64,000 nucleotides of DNA from Octopus sinensis (lineage: Eukaryota). Below, one piece after another: positions 13,067 through 25,847 of this stretch; within the stretch, counting starts at the first letter, position 1, and the number at the start of each line of letters is the position of its first letter. Position numbers and translations under genes: made by a program. The stretch lies in assembly GCF_006345805.1 (NCBI RefSeq), contig NC_043020.1:248001-312000 (forward strand). The letters run 5' to 3'. The notes under the pieces are model-generated. The model worked only from the letters and a program-made list of their open reading frames with translations, did not search any database and had not been told where the DNA came from.

Positions 13067-14259
13067 TTAAATCCTTGACTCTGCTTTACCTTCCCTTATT
13101 TCAGTTTCAAAAATGGTACTTTTATTGAGACCAAATTCTATGCCTGTGCCATTACCGAAAACTCTTACTGCATTCACAAGTGTGCCACGTTGATCTTCAT
13201 TTAAATTGTTCATGTTAACCACTTCCATGCCATTCCCCAAAGCACATCCTGCTTTATCATCTCTCAAAACCATTGACAGTGGTATTAATATCAGCATAAA
13301 CAAGAGTTGTGTGAGACTGTCTCCTTGAAAAGTTTCTCTTCTCATATTCACTTTACCTGATGACTTTCCTGTAAATGTTAACTCTATTTTCCAGGCTGTC
13401 ATACTTCTTTTTAGTAGTCTTTGTACTTTCTCTGCAACTCTAAATATCTCTAAACATTACCCCCATCGAGCTGTGAAACACCATATCATAGGCCTTTTTG
13501 TAATTTCTCTATGCAGTCCTAATCATATTAACCTTTTTTTTTTTTTCAGTTCTTTAGTATCATCTTGTCTGTTAACACCTGATCTTTTACCCCCTTTTCA
13601 CCTATGTTTACAACCCTTCTGCTCATCTGGTAATAAGCTTTCATTATCTAAAAATCCATACAGTTTGTCAGCTACTACTCTTGATAAGTTTGCACATGAT
13701 TGATAAACATGTCATTGGTTGGTAGTTTGACACTTCATCACCCTTTGACACATCCTTCAATACTAATGTTGTTTTACCATGAGTCATCCACAGTGGAACA
13801 TAACCCTCATTCAGAAGTCCTTGATATTGGCTTGCAATTCTCAAATGACATGCCACAAATACTTTAATCCAATTCCCTGCAATCCATCAGGGCTAGTGAC
13901 TTCCAATTATTCATTTTTCTTATTTGTTTCTCCATTGTTGTCCGTGATACTGTGAAGTTTTCTGGTCTGTTTTTATTTGTCATCTTCTCTTCAGCTTATT
14001 CCTTTCTGATTAGCTTCATCATTATGCACAACTGTTAATGTTACATCTCACCCCAAAACTGTACACACTCTCTTATATTTGGTATGACGCCACTGTCTTT
14101 TTCTGATTTGTCTGGAACATCCTGTTCTGTATAAATTGTCCTGTAAATCCGTCACACCTTGCTAGCTTTCCTGATTTTGCAATAATTCTTTGACTTCTTC
14201 AGTAACAGCTTCAATTTCTTTTCTGTGTACTTTGTATTTTCTCTCCAATAGATCTTTAA

Positions 14260-14480
14260 CCCTTTCGTTACCGTATTTATTTTGAGATGCTCTGTGTTTC
14301 TTTCAATTAATTTTAAATATAACAAAGAATTTAGTAAAATAACTTAGCTATCATTAAGCTAGTGTTAGGAACATAAATTGTGACTAAGGTTTGGTGGAAG
14401 ATTTTAATTCAAAACTTATGGAAACAAGACATTTGTACTACAGAGCCAGATGCGGGTTTAGCCGGGTTGGTATCAAAAGG
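14260..14480. mobile_element. piggyBac-type MITE family A (221 bp)
   Basis: TTAA|CCCTTTCGTTACC...GGTATCAAAAGG|TTAA. Same internal sequence as the 12846 copy. Confidence 0.85.
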
Positions 14481-15548
14481 TTAATTCTAATGTTCTGCTG
14501 TTTGTTGTTTCTCCAACTTTCTAACCTGCTCATATCTTTTCATTCTACAACCTTCTCAACTATTCTTTTACCCCACCATGGTTCCTGTTTGTGTCCTCTT
14601 GTTTGATTTTTTTTTTCTTTTATTATTCTACAATGTTTTGCAAGTTACATATGCAGCTGCTTTAAGTAACCCATCCATTTCAGTGATGTCAGCAGTTTGT
14701 GTGTACCCTGTGACTTTCATGACTCGATTTGCTTTACCTCTCAGTTATTTTCTACCTACATTCTTCAATTTTCATGACCCTTCCTTCATTCTCACCTCTT
14801 CTACATCTTCTGCTATTTTGATCTTCAATTTCTCTACTTTGCAATTCTCTCTCAATGTTTCCTCTATATTCAGTATCCTTGGAGTTACTTCGGTCATTGT
14901 TTTTCAACCTATGCTTCATCTCTTTACCTTTCATCCATTCAATTATCTAATTCTTCTTCACTGGGTTCACCCCTGTCAAATTTTATTGCAATGTTTCTTT
15001 TTATCTCAAATAAACTCTACATATAAAAGCCATCCATTTCTTCTGATCCATCGACTCTGGTCAGCAAGTCTTTGTTCAATAGTTCCAAAGACTCCAGTTT
15101 CCCTCCATTTGGCTGACATTCGTTTTCTGTATTCTCTTTGCCTTGGATTACTCTCATAGAAACATTTCATGACAAGCTTGTTTAGATCTTTCGTCCATTT
15201 CATACTGGACGTTACTCCGTGATGACTGAGCTTATTCTGCTCACCTTTGGGACACCTGCCAGATGGGGCACCTTCACTAGTGTTTCTAGCATTGTTTATA
15301 TCATTATCTGATATATTTATATTGTGCATTTCACTCATATTTAAGGGTGGTTTTTTTAAGGGTACTTATTGATATTTTTATTGTGACACCATCACTAGAT
15401 GGGTTGTGTACCACAACTCCGAGAGACACCATCTACCTATATCTCAAGAAAAGTATAAAGTACCAGACCTCAACCTAGTATTTTATTTGTTTCACTATTA
15501 TTGTTGTTGTTGTTATTATTATTATTATTATTATATTATTATTATTAT

Positions 15549-15690
15549 GCCAAGGTCGACTTTGCCTTTCATCCTTTTGGGGGTTGATAAATTAAGTACC
15601 AGTGAAATACTGGGGTCAATGTAATTGACTAGTTCTCTCCCCCAAAATTTCAGGACTTGTGCTTTTAGTAGAAAGGACTATTACTACTAA
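15549..15690 (+). mobile_element. Nin/Deu-like SINE, 5'-truncated
   Basis: GGTCGACTTTGCCTTTCATCCTTTTGGGGGTTGATAAATTAAGTACCAG...GTAGAAAGGACTATT. Confidence 0.8.
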
Positions 15691-15835
15691 AGCTGTGAAC
15701 TGGCAGGTTCATTAGCAAGTTGGGCAAAATGCTATGTTCAAGGATCCCCAGTGCTACCTTTATGGACCCCAAGTCGGGAACCACTGAACTAACATAAAAT
15801 GTATGGGCTTATGGCATATATTAGAAACCCTCATT

Positions 15836-16045
15836 AGTAAGGTGGCTGAATTATTAGCATACTGAGCAAAATGTATAGCAGCATTTCTTTCAATTTTGCA
15901 TTCTGAGTTCAAATTTCACTGAGGTCGACTTCACCTTTTATCTTTCTGGGATTGATAAAGTAAATACCAATTGACCCTTAGGAATGATGTTACTGACAAA
16001 GCTTCTCTCCTCAAATTCGAAGCCTTCTGCCTAAAGTAAAAAGAA
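15836..16045 (+). mobile_element. Nin/Deu-like SINE, diverged
   Basis: CTGAGTTCAAATTTCACTGAGGTCGACTTCACCTTTTATC. Confidence 0.7.
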
Positions 16046-16702
16046 TGCTGATGTTAATATATTTTATTGTACACTTGTCACAGCTTAATAATGTCTTGCA
16101 GGTTTACTTTGTGAATGCATTTCACTTTAGTTGGAGATACTCTGTGTTTGTATATGTACATTGCTATAAAAGAAACAGATGGGGCTGCGAGAGGGAGGGA
16201 GAGAATTGTTATTTGAATATATGCTTTATAAGTAGACAGAAAGCTATCTGTAATTTGTGACATAATAAACCAACCAACTCCAGCGACAGAAGGAACGAAG
16301 TTTTTAAAATTATGGTGAGGGGAGAAAATAAGACAAACTAACAAAAAGATATGTCCAAACAGCTTCTTAATTGCTAAGAAACTGAATCTGTCCAAGTACA
16401 TAACTAAACATTTGAAAGAATCTGTATTAAAACACCTGCTGTTTTAATTGTTGTGTCAACAGGCAGTAAGTATTGGCTGTGCCAATCAAGAGTTGCTTGC
16501 TAATTCTTTCTTTAAATGCTGACAGTTTGTCAATGTAATTATTCAGGAATATTTGTAGCTGTGGATTTTATTTTGCTATTTCAATATATGCATATATGCA
16601 TGTATATATATGTATATACATGTGTGTGTGTGTGTGTGTTGAAATGAGAAGATATACGCATATTTGTATGTATGTGTATATGTATATCTATCTGTCTATC
16701 TG

Positions 16703-16744
<42 letters not shown>

Positions 16745-16841
16745 ATATATATGTATATATGTGTATATATATATATATATAATATATATATGTATATATA
16801 TATATATATTATATATATATATATACACATATATATATATG

Positions 16842-16881
<40 letters not shown>

Positions 16882-16934
16882 ATATAATATATATATGTAT
16901 ATATATATATGTATTATATATATATATATATATA

Positions 16935-17117
16935 TCATCATCATCATCGTTTAACATCTGTCTTCCATGCTAGTATGGGTTGGACAATTTTGACCTTGGA
17001 CTGGCGAATCAGACGGCCGCACCAGGCTCCAATCTAGATCTGGCAGAGTTTCTACAGCTGGATGCCTTTCCTAACGCCAACCGCTCCGAGAGTGTAGTGG
17101 GTGCTTTTTATGTGCCA

Positions 17118-17120
<3 letters not shown>
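16935..17120 (-). mobile_element. RTE-type 3' tail
   Basis: (TCA)n-TCGTTTAACATCTGTCTTCCATGCTAG...GGATGCCTTTCCTAACGCCAACC on plus, i.e. the reverse of the tail. Confidence 0.8.
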
Positions 17121-17153
<33 letters not shown>

Positions 17154-17309
17154 TATAATTTGTGTGTGTGTATGTGTCTTTTTGTCTGTGTTTGTCCCTC
17201 ATCACCGATGTCAATTTATTTGACTAAGAATTCTTCAAGGCAATGCCCCAGCATGGCCACAGTCTAATGACTGAAACAAGTAATAGGTGAATGAAAAAAC
17301 AAGCATACA

Positions 17310-17740
17310 TGTGTGTATGTCTTTATGTCTGTGCTTGCAACCTGTATTGGTTTGTTATGTCCCTATAACTTAGTGGTCTGGCAATAGAGAGTGAGAAAAT
17401 AAGTACCAAACTTTAACCCCTTAGTGTTCGCATTATTCTACCAAAATTAATCCTTTTTTATCCAAATTGTTTTGAACTAATCATGCATTATCTTGTAGCT
17501 ATGAGATTTTGGTGAGGTAGCTTTTAATTTTTAAAACGATATTGTAGGGTAGGTGTGAGAAGCTAGATCTGGCCAGTTTGAACATAAAGCAGGTAGAATA
17601 TTTTTGGCCGGATATGGCCGGTTTAAATGCTAAAGGGTTAAAAAAACAATATTTTACTGAGGTTGATCTTTTCAACTAAAACCCTTCAAGGTGGTGCCCT
17701 AAGATAGCTGCAGTCCAATGACTGAAACAGGAAACATAAA
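17310..17740 (+). mobile_element. CORE-like SINE 3' half interrupted by a MITE
   Basis: AATAAGTACC...[MITE]...AAAAAACAATATTTTACTGAGGTTGAT...GCAGTCCAATGACTGAAACA. Confidence 0.65.
17417..17637. mobile_element. piggyBac-type MITE family B (221 bp)
   Basis: TTAA|CCCCTTAGTGTTC...AATGCTAAAGGG|TTAA. Confidence 0.85.
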
Positions 17741-18311
17741 AGAAAACAGATATATGTTTATTTGTTAGTTGTAGTTCACCCTGGTTTAGTAAATCTATTA
17801 TCAAAAGTATTCCAGGAATAATCTTTTGTTTTTTTCCTTAGATAGTCTCTATTCAGAGCTACAATACTTGATGTGTCCTTCCTCATTTTTTTTCTAAAGA
17901 AGGTAGATTTGACAGAAAGTCGATTGGTACTTCTAGCATCTTAGAGAATGAAAATACGACTTAGTTTTAACAAGAGCTTCTAGGTTTGTTAGCTTTTCCA
18001 TTTTATTTATTATCAGATGGTGTTTTTGTGCTTTTCACCAGAGAGATTGGTCTGCTTTATACAAAGAGTTAGCTTGCAATAAAAGCGTGTTTCTAAGGTT
18101 TCATATATAATACTAAAAGTACTATCTACTGAAGCTGCATTGGGAGAAACATATCTTCCTTCAGAGAAAATGTCTCAAAAGACAAAAAAACGAAACACAA
18201 AAAAAAAAAAAGATTATCAAAAAGTTTAGAAAGGGAAATACAGGATCTTGTGGAAAAGCCAAGCAAAAGATAAGAATGAATATACAAGATTTATACACAC
18301 ACATATACACA

Positions 18312-18497
18312 CGCACTCTCTTTTACTTGTTTTACTCAGACTATGGCCATGCTGGGGCTCCACTTCGAAGAATTTTAGTCAAATTAATCAACCCCAGGTA
18401 GTTTTTATTTTTTATGCCTGGTACTTAAGATTTCGCCAAGCCACTAAGTTACAGGGATGCAGACACAGCACACCAATTGACAAACACAGACAGAAAT

Positions 18498-18533
<36 letters not shown>

Positions 18534-18695
18534 CACACACACACACACACAGAGGCAGACAGACAGACAGACAGGCTACTTTCAGTTTCTATCTGCCGAG
18601 TCCACTCTCAAAATTGAGTAAAACTTTGTGAGTGGGTTTGGCAGACAGGCTATGGTAAAAAAGACTTCCCCATGGTGCCATGCAGTGGGGCTAAG
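18312..18695 (-). mobile_element. CORE-like SINE, diverged
   Basis: CTCTTTTACTTGTTTTACTCAGACTATGGCCATGCTGG...central (CA)n...GGTGCCATGCAGTGGGGCT. Confidence 0.75.
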
Positions 18696-18749
18696 CCATA
18701 TATAATACACACACACACACACACACACGTGCACATACATGTGGACTTT

Positions 18750-19240
18750 ATTAAATACATGGCTATGTTCAAATTTTATCTTTTTTATTTTTTGTTTTTC
18801 ATATTTTCTTATTAGCTTTTTCTCACAGTTGCTTTGGAATAGTGGAATTCCTAAATCCATATCTGGTGTTTCTAGTTCTTCAGCCTCATTATCAAGAATA
18901 GAATTGGAAATATTTGGCATTTCTGTTATTTCTTATATGCTGATTAAATTTATGTAGACTTTAATGCCAGAGGTTTGCTGACCGTTATGCTGAGGTATAA
19001 TGCTAATGATCAATAAACCTTTGCCAGAAAGTCTGCACAAATTCATGTTGAATGCAAGAAACAACACAAATGCCAAATATATTCAATTCTTGATAATGGG
19101 GCTGTGAAAGTCCAGAAACATCAGATGTAGATTCAGGAATTCTACTGTTCCAAACAAACTGTAAAAGCTAATAACAAAATAAAGATATTAAAAAAAATAT
19201 AAATGAAAAAGATAATTTAAGCATAATCATGTATTTAGTT
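18750..19240. repeat. Long imperfect inverted repeat (~240-bp arms, ~11-nt loop)
   Basis: TAAATACATGGCTATG pairs with CATAATCATGTATTTA; TTATCAAGAAT with ATTCTTGATAA; ATATTTGGCATTT with AAATGCCAAATAT; AGACTTT with AAAGTCT. Centre about 18990-19001. Confidence 0.85.
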
Positions 19241-20204
19241 AAACATACATAAAAGAAAAGCCGTTCCTTTGTCCCATATATGTGTGTGTGTGTGTGTATA
19301 ACAGAAAACTGGAAGACTTGGCTATGTTTTCAATTCCATGTTACATGTGTTTTATCATGGCAGGAATCTCAAAGATGTACATGTAGAAAAATGTAAAAAA
19401 TCTCCTACCTGTAATTCTTCAGGTAATGATTTAAAAACTACACACACGTGTGTGTGTGTATGTATTGTCAGATACTCCTCCACACACACACATCTCCACA
19501 CACACACATCTCCACACGCACACATCTCCACACACAATGGGCTCATTTCAGTTTCCTTCTATCAAAATTCACTCAGAAGGGCTTTCTAAATGAAAAACAA
19601 TTTTCCTTCAGTATCAAGAAGTGTGGGTGGTGTTATCTTTTACACTGGTTTTGGAGAATTTATGGAAATCAAGAACTGATCTTCATTTAATTCCTCTTGT
19701 TCATCATTCTCGTCAAGTTGGTGACAAGGCATAAATTTGGCATCTGTACTATTATATAATTTACAGATATGATGAAATAAATTAGGTTATCGTTTGAATA
19801 AATTCACAAGAGCAATTTGTCAAATGAGTACGGCATATTTTGTACTGTTCATTTCTGTTTTTTTTTTATTGTTGTTTATTTTTTTTTATTTTCGTTATTG
19901 ATTCAATTAGGCAGATGTTTGGGGTATGAATTTGTCTGTAGTGAATTGTTGCCGGAAGTTTCTGTGAGAATGCAATATGGAAGAATGTTGTTGTGCAGTG
20001 ACGGAAGAGAACTTTAAGCAGATGAAATGTTGAGAAAGCAATTTAATAAAAGAAAAAGATTTTTTTTGTTTTTGTTTTTTGCCTTTTGTATTTTCACCTC
20101 TCTTTCCTCTGGAACATACTTCTACTACTGCTGCTACTACTGCTGTTACTGATAATGATGATGATAATCCTTCCACCAGAATTGTTTATGTGCTTGTGCT
20201 CACA

Positions 20205-20460
20205 TGCATATATATGTATGTATATATGTATATACGTATATATATGTGTATATATGTATATATATATATATATATGTATATGTGTATATACATGTGTTTG
20301 TGTATATATGTGTGCATATATATGTATATATGAGTATATATATACATACACATGTATAAATATATATATATATGCATATAAATATATGTGCATGTATATA
20401 TATATATGCATATATGTGTATATATATATATATGTATGTATGTATGTATATGTATGTATG

Positions 20461-20506
<46 letters not shown>

Positions 20507-20540
20507 TATGTATATATATATATGTGTGTATATATATATA

Positions 20541-20572
<32 letters not shown>

Positions 20573-20590
20573 TACATATACGTACATACA
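20205..20590. repeat. (TA)n/(TATG)n compound microsatellite
   Basis: Direct inspection. Confidence 0.95.
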
Positions 20591-21449
20591 TGAACACACT
20601 AAGTTTCCATTTCTTCTGTTCTTTCTCGCATTGTCCTGTGCCTCTTCTCAGATGCTCCTTTTATGGTGTCACCCCACCGCTTCTTCACCCAACCCCTTTC
20701 TCTCCCCTCCCTCCCTCCCCGTTTCATTCGCTTTTTCTTTTTCCTCTTTCAAATGTCTTCACTCTACTCCCCCCCCCTTCCAACACTCTATTTTTCTCTC
20801 TGTTACAACTGGTCTTGTTCCCGACGGCGATGGTGATGACGATGACGACGATGATGATGGTTGTTGTTGTTTTGTCAGTCCTGTGTACAAGATTTATTAC
20901 TTAATCTCTCTTTGTTACCACAAGAAGTATTGATGCATTCTAGGTAATGCTGATGATATCACTTGAACTTTCTCTGCATTTCTCCTGTTTTCCATTGATT
21001 ATTGTTCGAAACAACAACAACAACCAGAAACACCAATGGTAGATGCAACAGCAGCAGCAGCAGCCTCAGCAGCAGCAGCAGTAACCACCAACTGTAGTAG
21101 TTTATATAGCTGTTTGGCTCACCTATGTTTTATTTATAACTTCTAGCATGCTCTCAATAACTCAATAAAATTTCATTGTTAAACTCACCTTCCAGAAATT
21201 AGATTACTAGAGAAACACGCACTCTTACACACACGCACACACACAGAGGCACACGCACACGGCACCCATTGAGGCATGTTTGTGCTTACATACACATACT
21301 CAAATGCTTATTTTTTTATAATGTTTTTTTTTGGTGGGGTTTTGTTGGTTTGTCAAGAATCTTTATCAAGAATATTAGAAGTTATTAGCTTCTTGGTTTC
21401 AGCCTTAGGTCAGAGACTTATACCCTAGCACAATGGCATCACATGGTGA

Positions 21450-21480
<31 letters not shown>

Positions 21481-21598
21481 ATCCACACACACACACACAC
21501 ACACACATTATTACATCTGTTCTGATAGTGAAACAATCTTTGCCAGTGCATTTCTGCTATGCTATCTGCACTCATCATATTAGTAATGAACAGATCAG

Positions 21599-21658
<60 letters not shown>

Positions 21659-21765
21659 GTGTGTGTGTATGTCTGTGTGTGCATGTGTATTCATGTTTTT
21701 TATTTACATGCTTATGTGAGTCTATCCTTCCATCTATCATTTATATATATATATATATAATATAA

Positions 21766-21797
<32 letters not shown>

Positions 21798-21980
21798 AAT
21801 ACATTATATATATATATATATAATATATATATTATATATATATTATATATATATATATATATATGGTGCAATTTATATTAGCCTGGATGTTTTGCATTGC
21901 TGTTAGGAGCTTTTTCAATCTTCATTCATTGTTTTTATCATTGCATCATAAACTTTTTTGTTCTCCATGACGATAACCAC

Positions 21981-22016
<36 letters not shown>

Positions 22017-22076
22017 TAGAAACAATTGTAGGATTTTTGCAGCTGGCGTCTTAGAAATGAAAATGGATTATCTTAC

Positions 22077-22352
22077 TATCTTTATTCTTCTTGTGATATA
22101 CACAAATGTATTTCCTGTTGCCAAAACTGAGTTCTTTGAAAATTGATTGGCTGGAATCAGAAGATTTCTGTTGGGAGCATGTATCCAATAATTTCATGCC
22201 TGCACAAGATGAAGAAATATGTGACAGTGTGTGACAGTGAAACCCAGGGGTGGAGGGAAAGACTGCAGTTTTGAAAGGGATAAAGGATGGCGTATGTTTG
22301 AATGTATGATTTGAATTGATTTTCACAGGACTGATCCCGGAATCTGAAGTTT
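22077..22352 (-). CDS. Candidate internal coding exon (92 codons, phase 1-1), product unknown
   Basis: Long pyrimidine tract TCTTCTCTATTCCTTTCACTCTCTCCAG acceptor, open frame ETSDSGISPVKINSNH...YHKKNKD, donor ATA|GTAAGA. Unique non-repetitive sequence; no recognised domain. Confidence 0.3.
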
Positions 22353-23862
22353 CTGGAGAGAGTGAAAGGAATAGAGAAGATGTCTTAAAAATTTCCTTTG
22401 ATACACATCTATGGAGCCTTTCTACCATGGGACATTAACTACATACAGCAGGTTCTCAATCACACACACACACACACACACACACACGCGCGCGCGTTGG
22501 TGTTCTTTTTAAGGCATGTTTTCACTAAACATCGCAGATAAAAGAATGCATTATCACAAAACCTGAAGATAAAGTTATGAACATTAATACCTGTAATGTT
22601 TTATTGTGTTGGAAAACTGCAATATATTTTGTAAGAGCACAGAGAGAATTCCAAAGCAGATTCTTCTGAGAGTTGTGATGTAAATGAGCTGACTTTGTAT
22701 TCCCATATTAAAACATTCCTTACTGTAAACTCCTTCAGTATACTTCAAACACTACATTCCCTTTTGTCTTTTGGCTTTCATTGATAAGATTTATTCTTAA
22801 TCTATATTTTCGGAGGGTTATCAAGTAGAGCAACTCTGTGGCAAGAAGCTGCTCTTTAACTGCATTAAATCTATACTGATGCATATATTATAATTCTTAT
22901 TATACTTTTATACATCTGTTATTCCGATTCCACTACTGGTTTGCAACAACTCAGGCAACTTTGTCTAATAATGTGAGTTTATGTATTCAAGTCTCCTGGA
23001 TGCTATATTCGAGTATGTATTTTTATTTGTAAATAAAATAAATAAAATACTTTTAACGGAGTGTACTGGCTAGGCGTTTGGTATTGCATTTGGTACTGCA
23101 TCGTTGTAAAGCTAGACATAAACTACATTACCTATATCGGTCAATTTATGTTAGGAAGTATAAAACACATACTGCTAGTTTACATTACAAATCATCTACA
23201 TGTGTAAATTTGCAGCAACAGCTAACCTACATTAATGTAAAAAAAAAAAAAAAAATTGGCATAGATTATGCTGTAGATTGTTTTCTTTTTTTTTCTTTTT
23301 ACCTTAATAGATTTATGAGCAAATTGTGTGTACGTGTAATCAGTTCTTTATCAAATGGAATCGGTTCTCTATCAGAGTTTATCAGGAATAATATTTTTTT
23401 AATGTGTCCTGCTTTTGTAATGGACTCATGCAATTTGCTCATTTCCCCATTTTTTTTTTTTATTGACATGTATTTATTGCTTTATGATGATTATGATGGT
23501 GGTGAGGATGATGATGATGATGTATTTCGAATTTAGTTTACTTTGGAAATACATTAACATTTCTTTCACTGCAGCATTTATCATATTCAAAAACATTTTT
23601 ACATCGAAGCATTACCATTTTCCCAGACTTTACTACATATTCCATTATCTGTTATTCCTTCTGTCTACACTTCTGTATTAAAAAAAAAAAAAAATTTTAA
23701 CTCCCTATGCTATATTGCCAAAACTTCTCCATCATCATTATATACACATTATGCCTTTAATTTTCCCACTTCTGCCAGCACTTGACCAAACTGCTTGAGA
23801 AATCCTGACATTTACACGTGTTGTTGATGAATTTCAAGTCAGAGACATCACATTCGTAAGCT

Positions 23863-23898
<36 letters not shown>

Positions 23899-24994
23899 TC
23901 ATAAAAGAAACTCACATGCAGAAATATTTACAATGTAACTGAAATCATCGAACATCTATCATCTCCCTCTCTCGCTTACTGCTCACTTGATATAAAACTG
24001 CATCATTATAGATTCAAGCTCATCCATGTATCACCCATTTTCATACTTTCTCCCCCCCTTCTTTTACATCCTTTTTACCATTGCACCTGTCCATCTATCA
24101 TCAACACAGGTAAAGGAGAGAAAAGAAATATAATAAGAGAACACATAAAAAACATATAAAAGCAAAACAAACCCCCAAATGAAATAGTCAAACGCATCAT
24201 CTATTATTACTTGAGCGGATATGATTGCTTAATTTTTTTTCCCCTTTTAGTATCATGCAGTAAATATGTAAATATAGTCCCAACAGCTTGCTTTCTTTTC
24301 TTTTCGTTATTACTGTTGTCGTTTCTTGGAATAGTTATCATGTCACTGTCACTTCCCAACAAGTTCTTTGTTGTATGTAATTGCATTTATTGCTTGGCTA
24401 AATGGTTATATGAATGGGATTTTCAACTGCTGCTCTGCTCTTTATTTCCTTTGAGGAAATAAATAGCAAATAAGGAAGTGCGGCATTTCTCACCAACAGC
24501 TTTATTGCCTAATTATCTTACACACACACACACACACACACACAGACATACGTATGCCTTTAAGTGCTTCTAAACTAGGGAGATTCATATCTATAATTGT
24601 CTGTAGAATTCTACAAACGTTGTATGTGCATATGTATGTCTGGAATTCTAATGGAATTTGGTGCAATTTCAACACTTTTGTTAAAGAATTAAAACATTGT
24701 ATCTTAAATTGCAACCTTGTATAAAGAGACTTGTTTAAAATAGCTTTTTCTTCGTATCACACTGGGATAAATTAATGTTTGAAATAGCTCATCATTATTA
24801 TATTGAGAGATGTTTTATGGCAACAGAATTAGTCAGTAGGATTTTCTGGAGTGTTTTGGGGTTTTTTTAAATCTTTTTTTGTAATGAATTTAATAAAAAT
24901 TACTCTATTTATATTTATAATAAACATATTTTTTGAAAGTTTTTTTTATAAAATTGCATTAAAAGTTGTACTTGATATATCTTTTATCATTCAT

Positions 24995-25395
24995 CAATAC
25001 CTTTGTCAATCATTGGACTGCAGCCTTGCTGGAGCATTGCCTTCAGGTGTTTAGTCAAATAAAATGACCTGCACCTCCCAGGATTTTTTTTTTTTTTTAA
25101 AGTTTGATCTTTGTTTTTTTTGGTCTCTTTTGTTGAACTGCTAAATTACAGGTGTAAACAAGCCAACACCAGTTGTCAAGTGGTAGTGGGGCAATTAGGC
25201 ATGCACACATACACACACACCACACAATGGGCTTCCACACAAATTTCATCTATCAAAGCCACTCACAAGGCATTGGTTGACCGGTGGGTCGGGCTATTAC
25301 AGGAGGCATGTGCTTAAGGTACTGTATGTGGTACTGAACCCACAAGCATGTGGTTGCAGAGCAAGCCTCTTAACCACAAGGCCATGTCTGTGCCT
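24995..25395 (-). mobile_element. CORE-like SINE, diverged full length
   Basis: CAATCATTGGACTGCAGCCTTGCTGGAGC...ACTCACAAGGCATTGG...AACCACAAGGCCATG. Confidence 0.75.
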
Positions 25396-25638
25396 TTGTA
25401 AAGGTTATATTGATATCGTTTTATTGAGTGTAATTTTTTTTACCCTTTTATTACTTTTATAACTGGTTTCAATTACTTGACCATGGCTATACTCAGGCAC
25501 TGTTTTCAAGGGTTTTAGTCAGTTGTATTGGCCCTTGTGAGCCAGGCATGGCTCGAGATGGAACAAACAAACTGATTCTGCCATCCAGCTGATGATGCCT
25601 GCATATGCACAAGTACGTACACACACACACACCTTTAA

Positions 25639-25847
25639 CCCTTTAGCATTCAGATTCTTCTGTCAAATGCAATGCTTATTTGTTCACATTGTTTTGAATT
25701 AATCATGCATTATCTTGTAGCTTTGAGATTTCAATGACATGATGGTTTATTTTCAGAATGACATTGTAGGGTAGGTGTGAGAGATCAGATCTGGCTGCTT
25801 TGAATAGAATATTTTGGTCAGATATGGTTGGTTTAAACCCTAAAGGG
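25639..25847. mobile_element. piggyBac-type MITE family B (209 bp, small internal deletion)
   Basis: TTAA|CCCTTTAGCATTC...CCCTAAAGGG|TTAA. Confidence 0.85.

Larger units (their letters stand above)
11850..15495 (-). mobile_element. R4/Dong-clade non-LTR retrotransposon (RT plus REL endonuclease), near full length, decayed
   Basis: Minus-strand ORF pieces: KWTKDLNKLVMKCFYES...EQRLADQSRWIRRNGWL (15006-15338); PLWMTHGKTTLVLKDVSKGDEVSNYQPMTCL (13668-13856); RRETFQGDSLTQLLF RT motif (13067-13402); KLLCNLSIQTDYDLEHNRPDTLV REL motif (12110-12346). The 3' end runs into (TAA)n. Confidence 0.85.

Noticed and set aside
14578-15159. 193-aa plus-strand hydrophobic ORF
   Set aside because: Antisense to the purine-rich Dong/R4 ORF.
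15735-15795. hAT-like end (CAGTGGTTCCCGAC on minus)
   Set aside because: Only one short end is visible, with no partner TIR or 8-bp TSD.
21010-21095. (CAA)/(CAG)n run suggesting a polyQ exon
   Set aside because: Short, closed by a stop soon after, and lacking credible splice sites.
22460-22498. (CA)n(CG)n potential Z-DNA
   Set aside because: A common microsatellite variant with nothing to suggest function.
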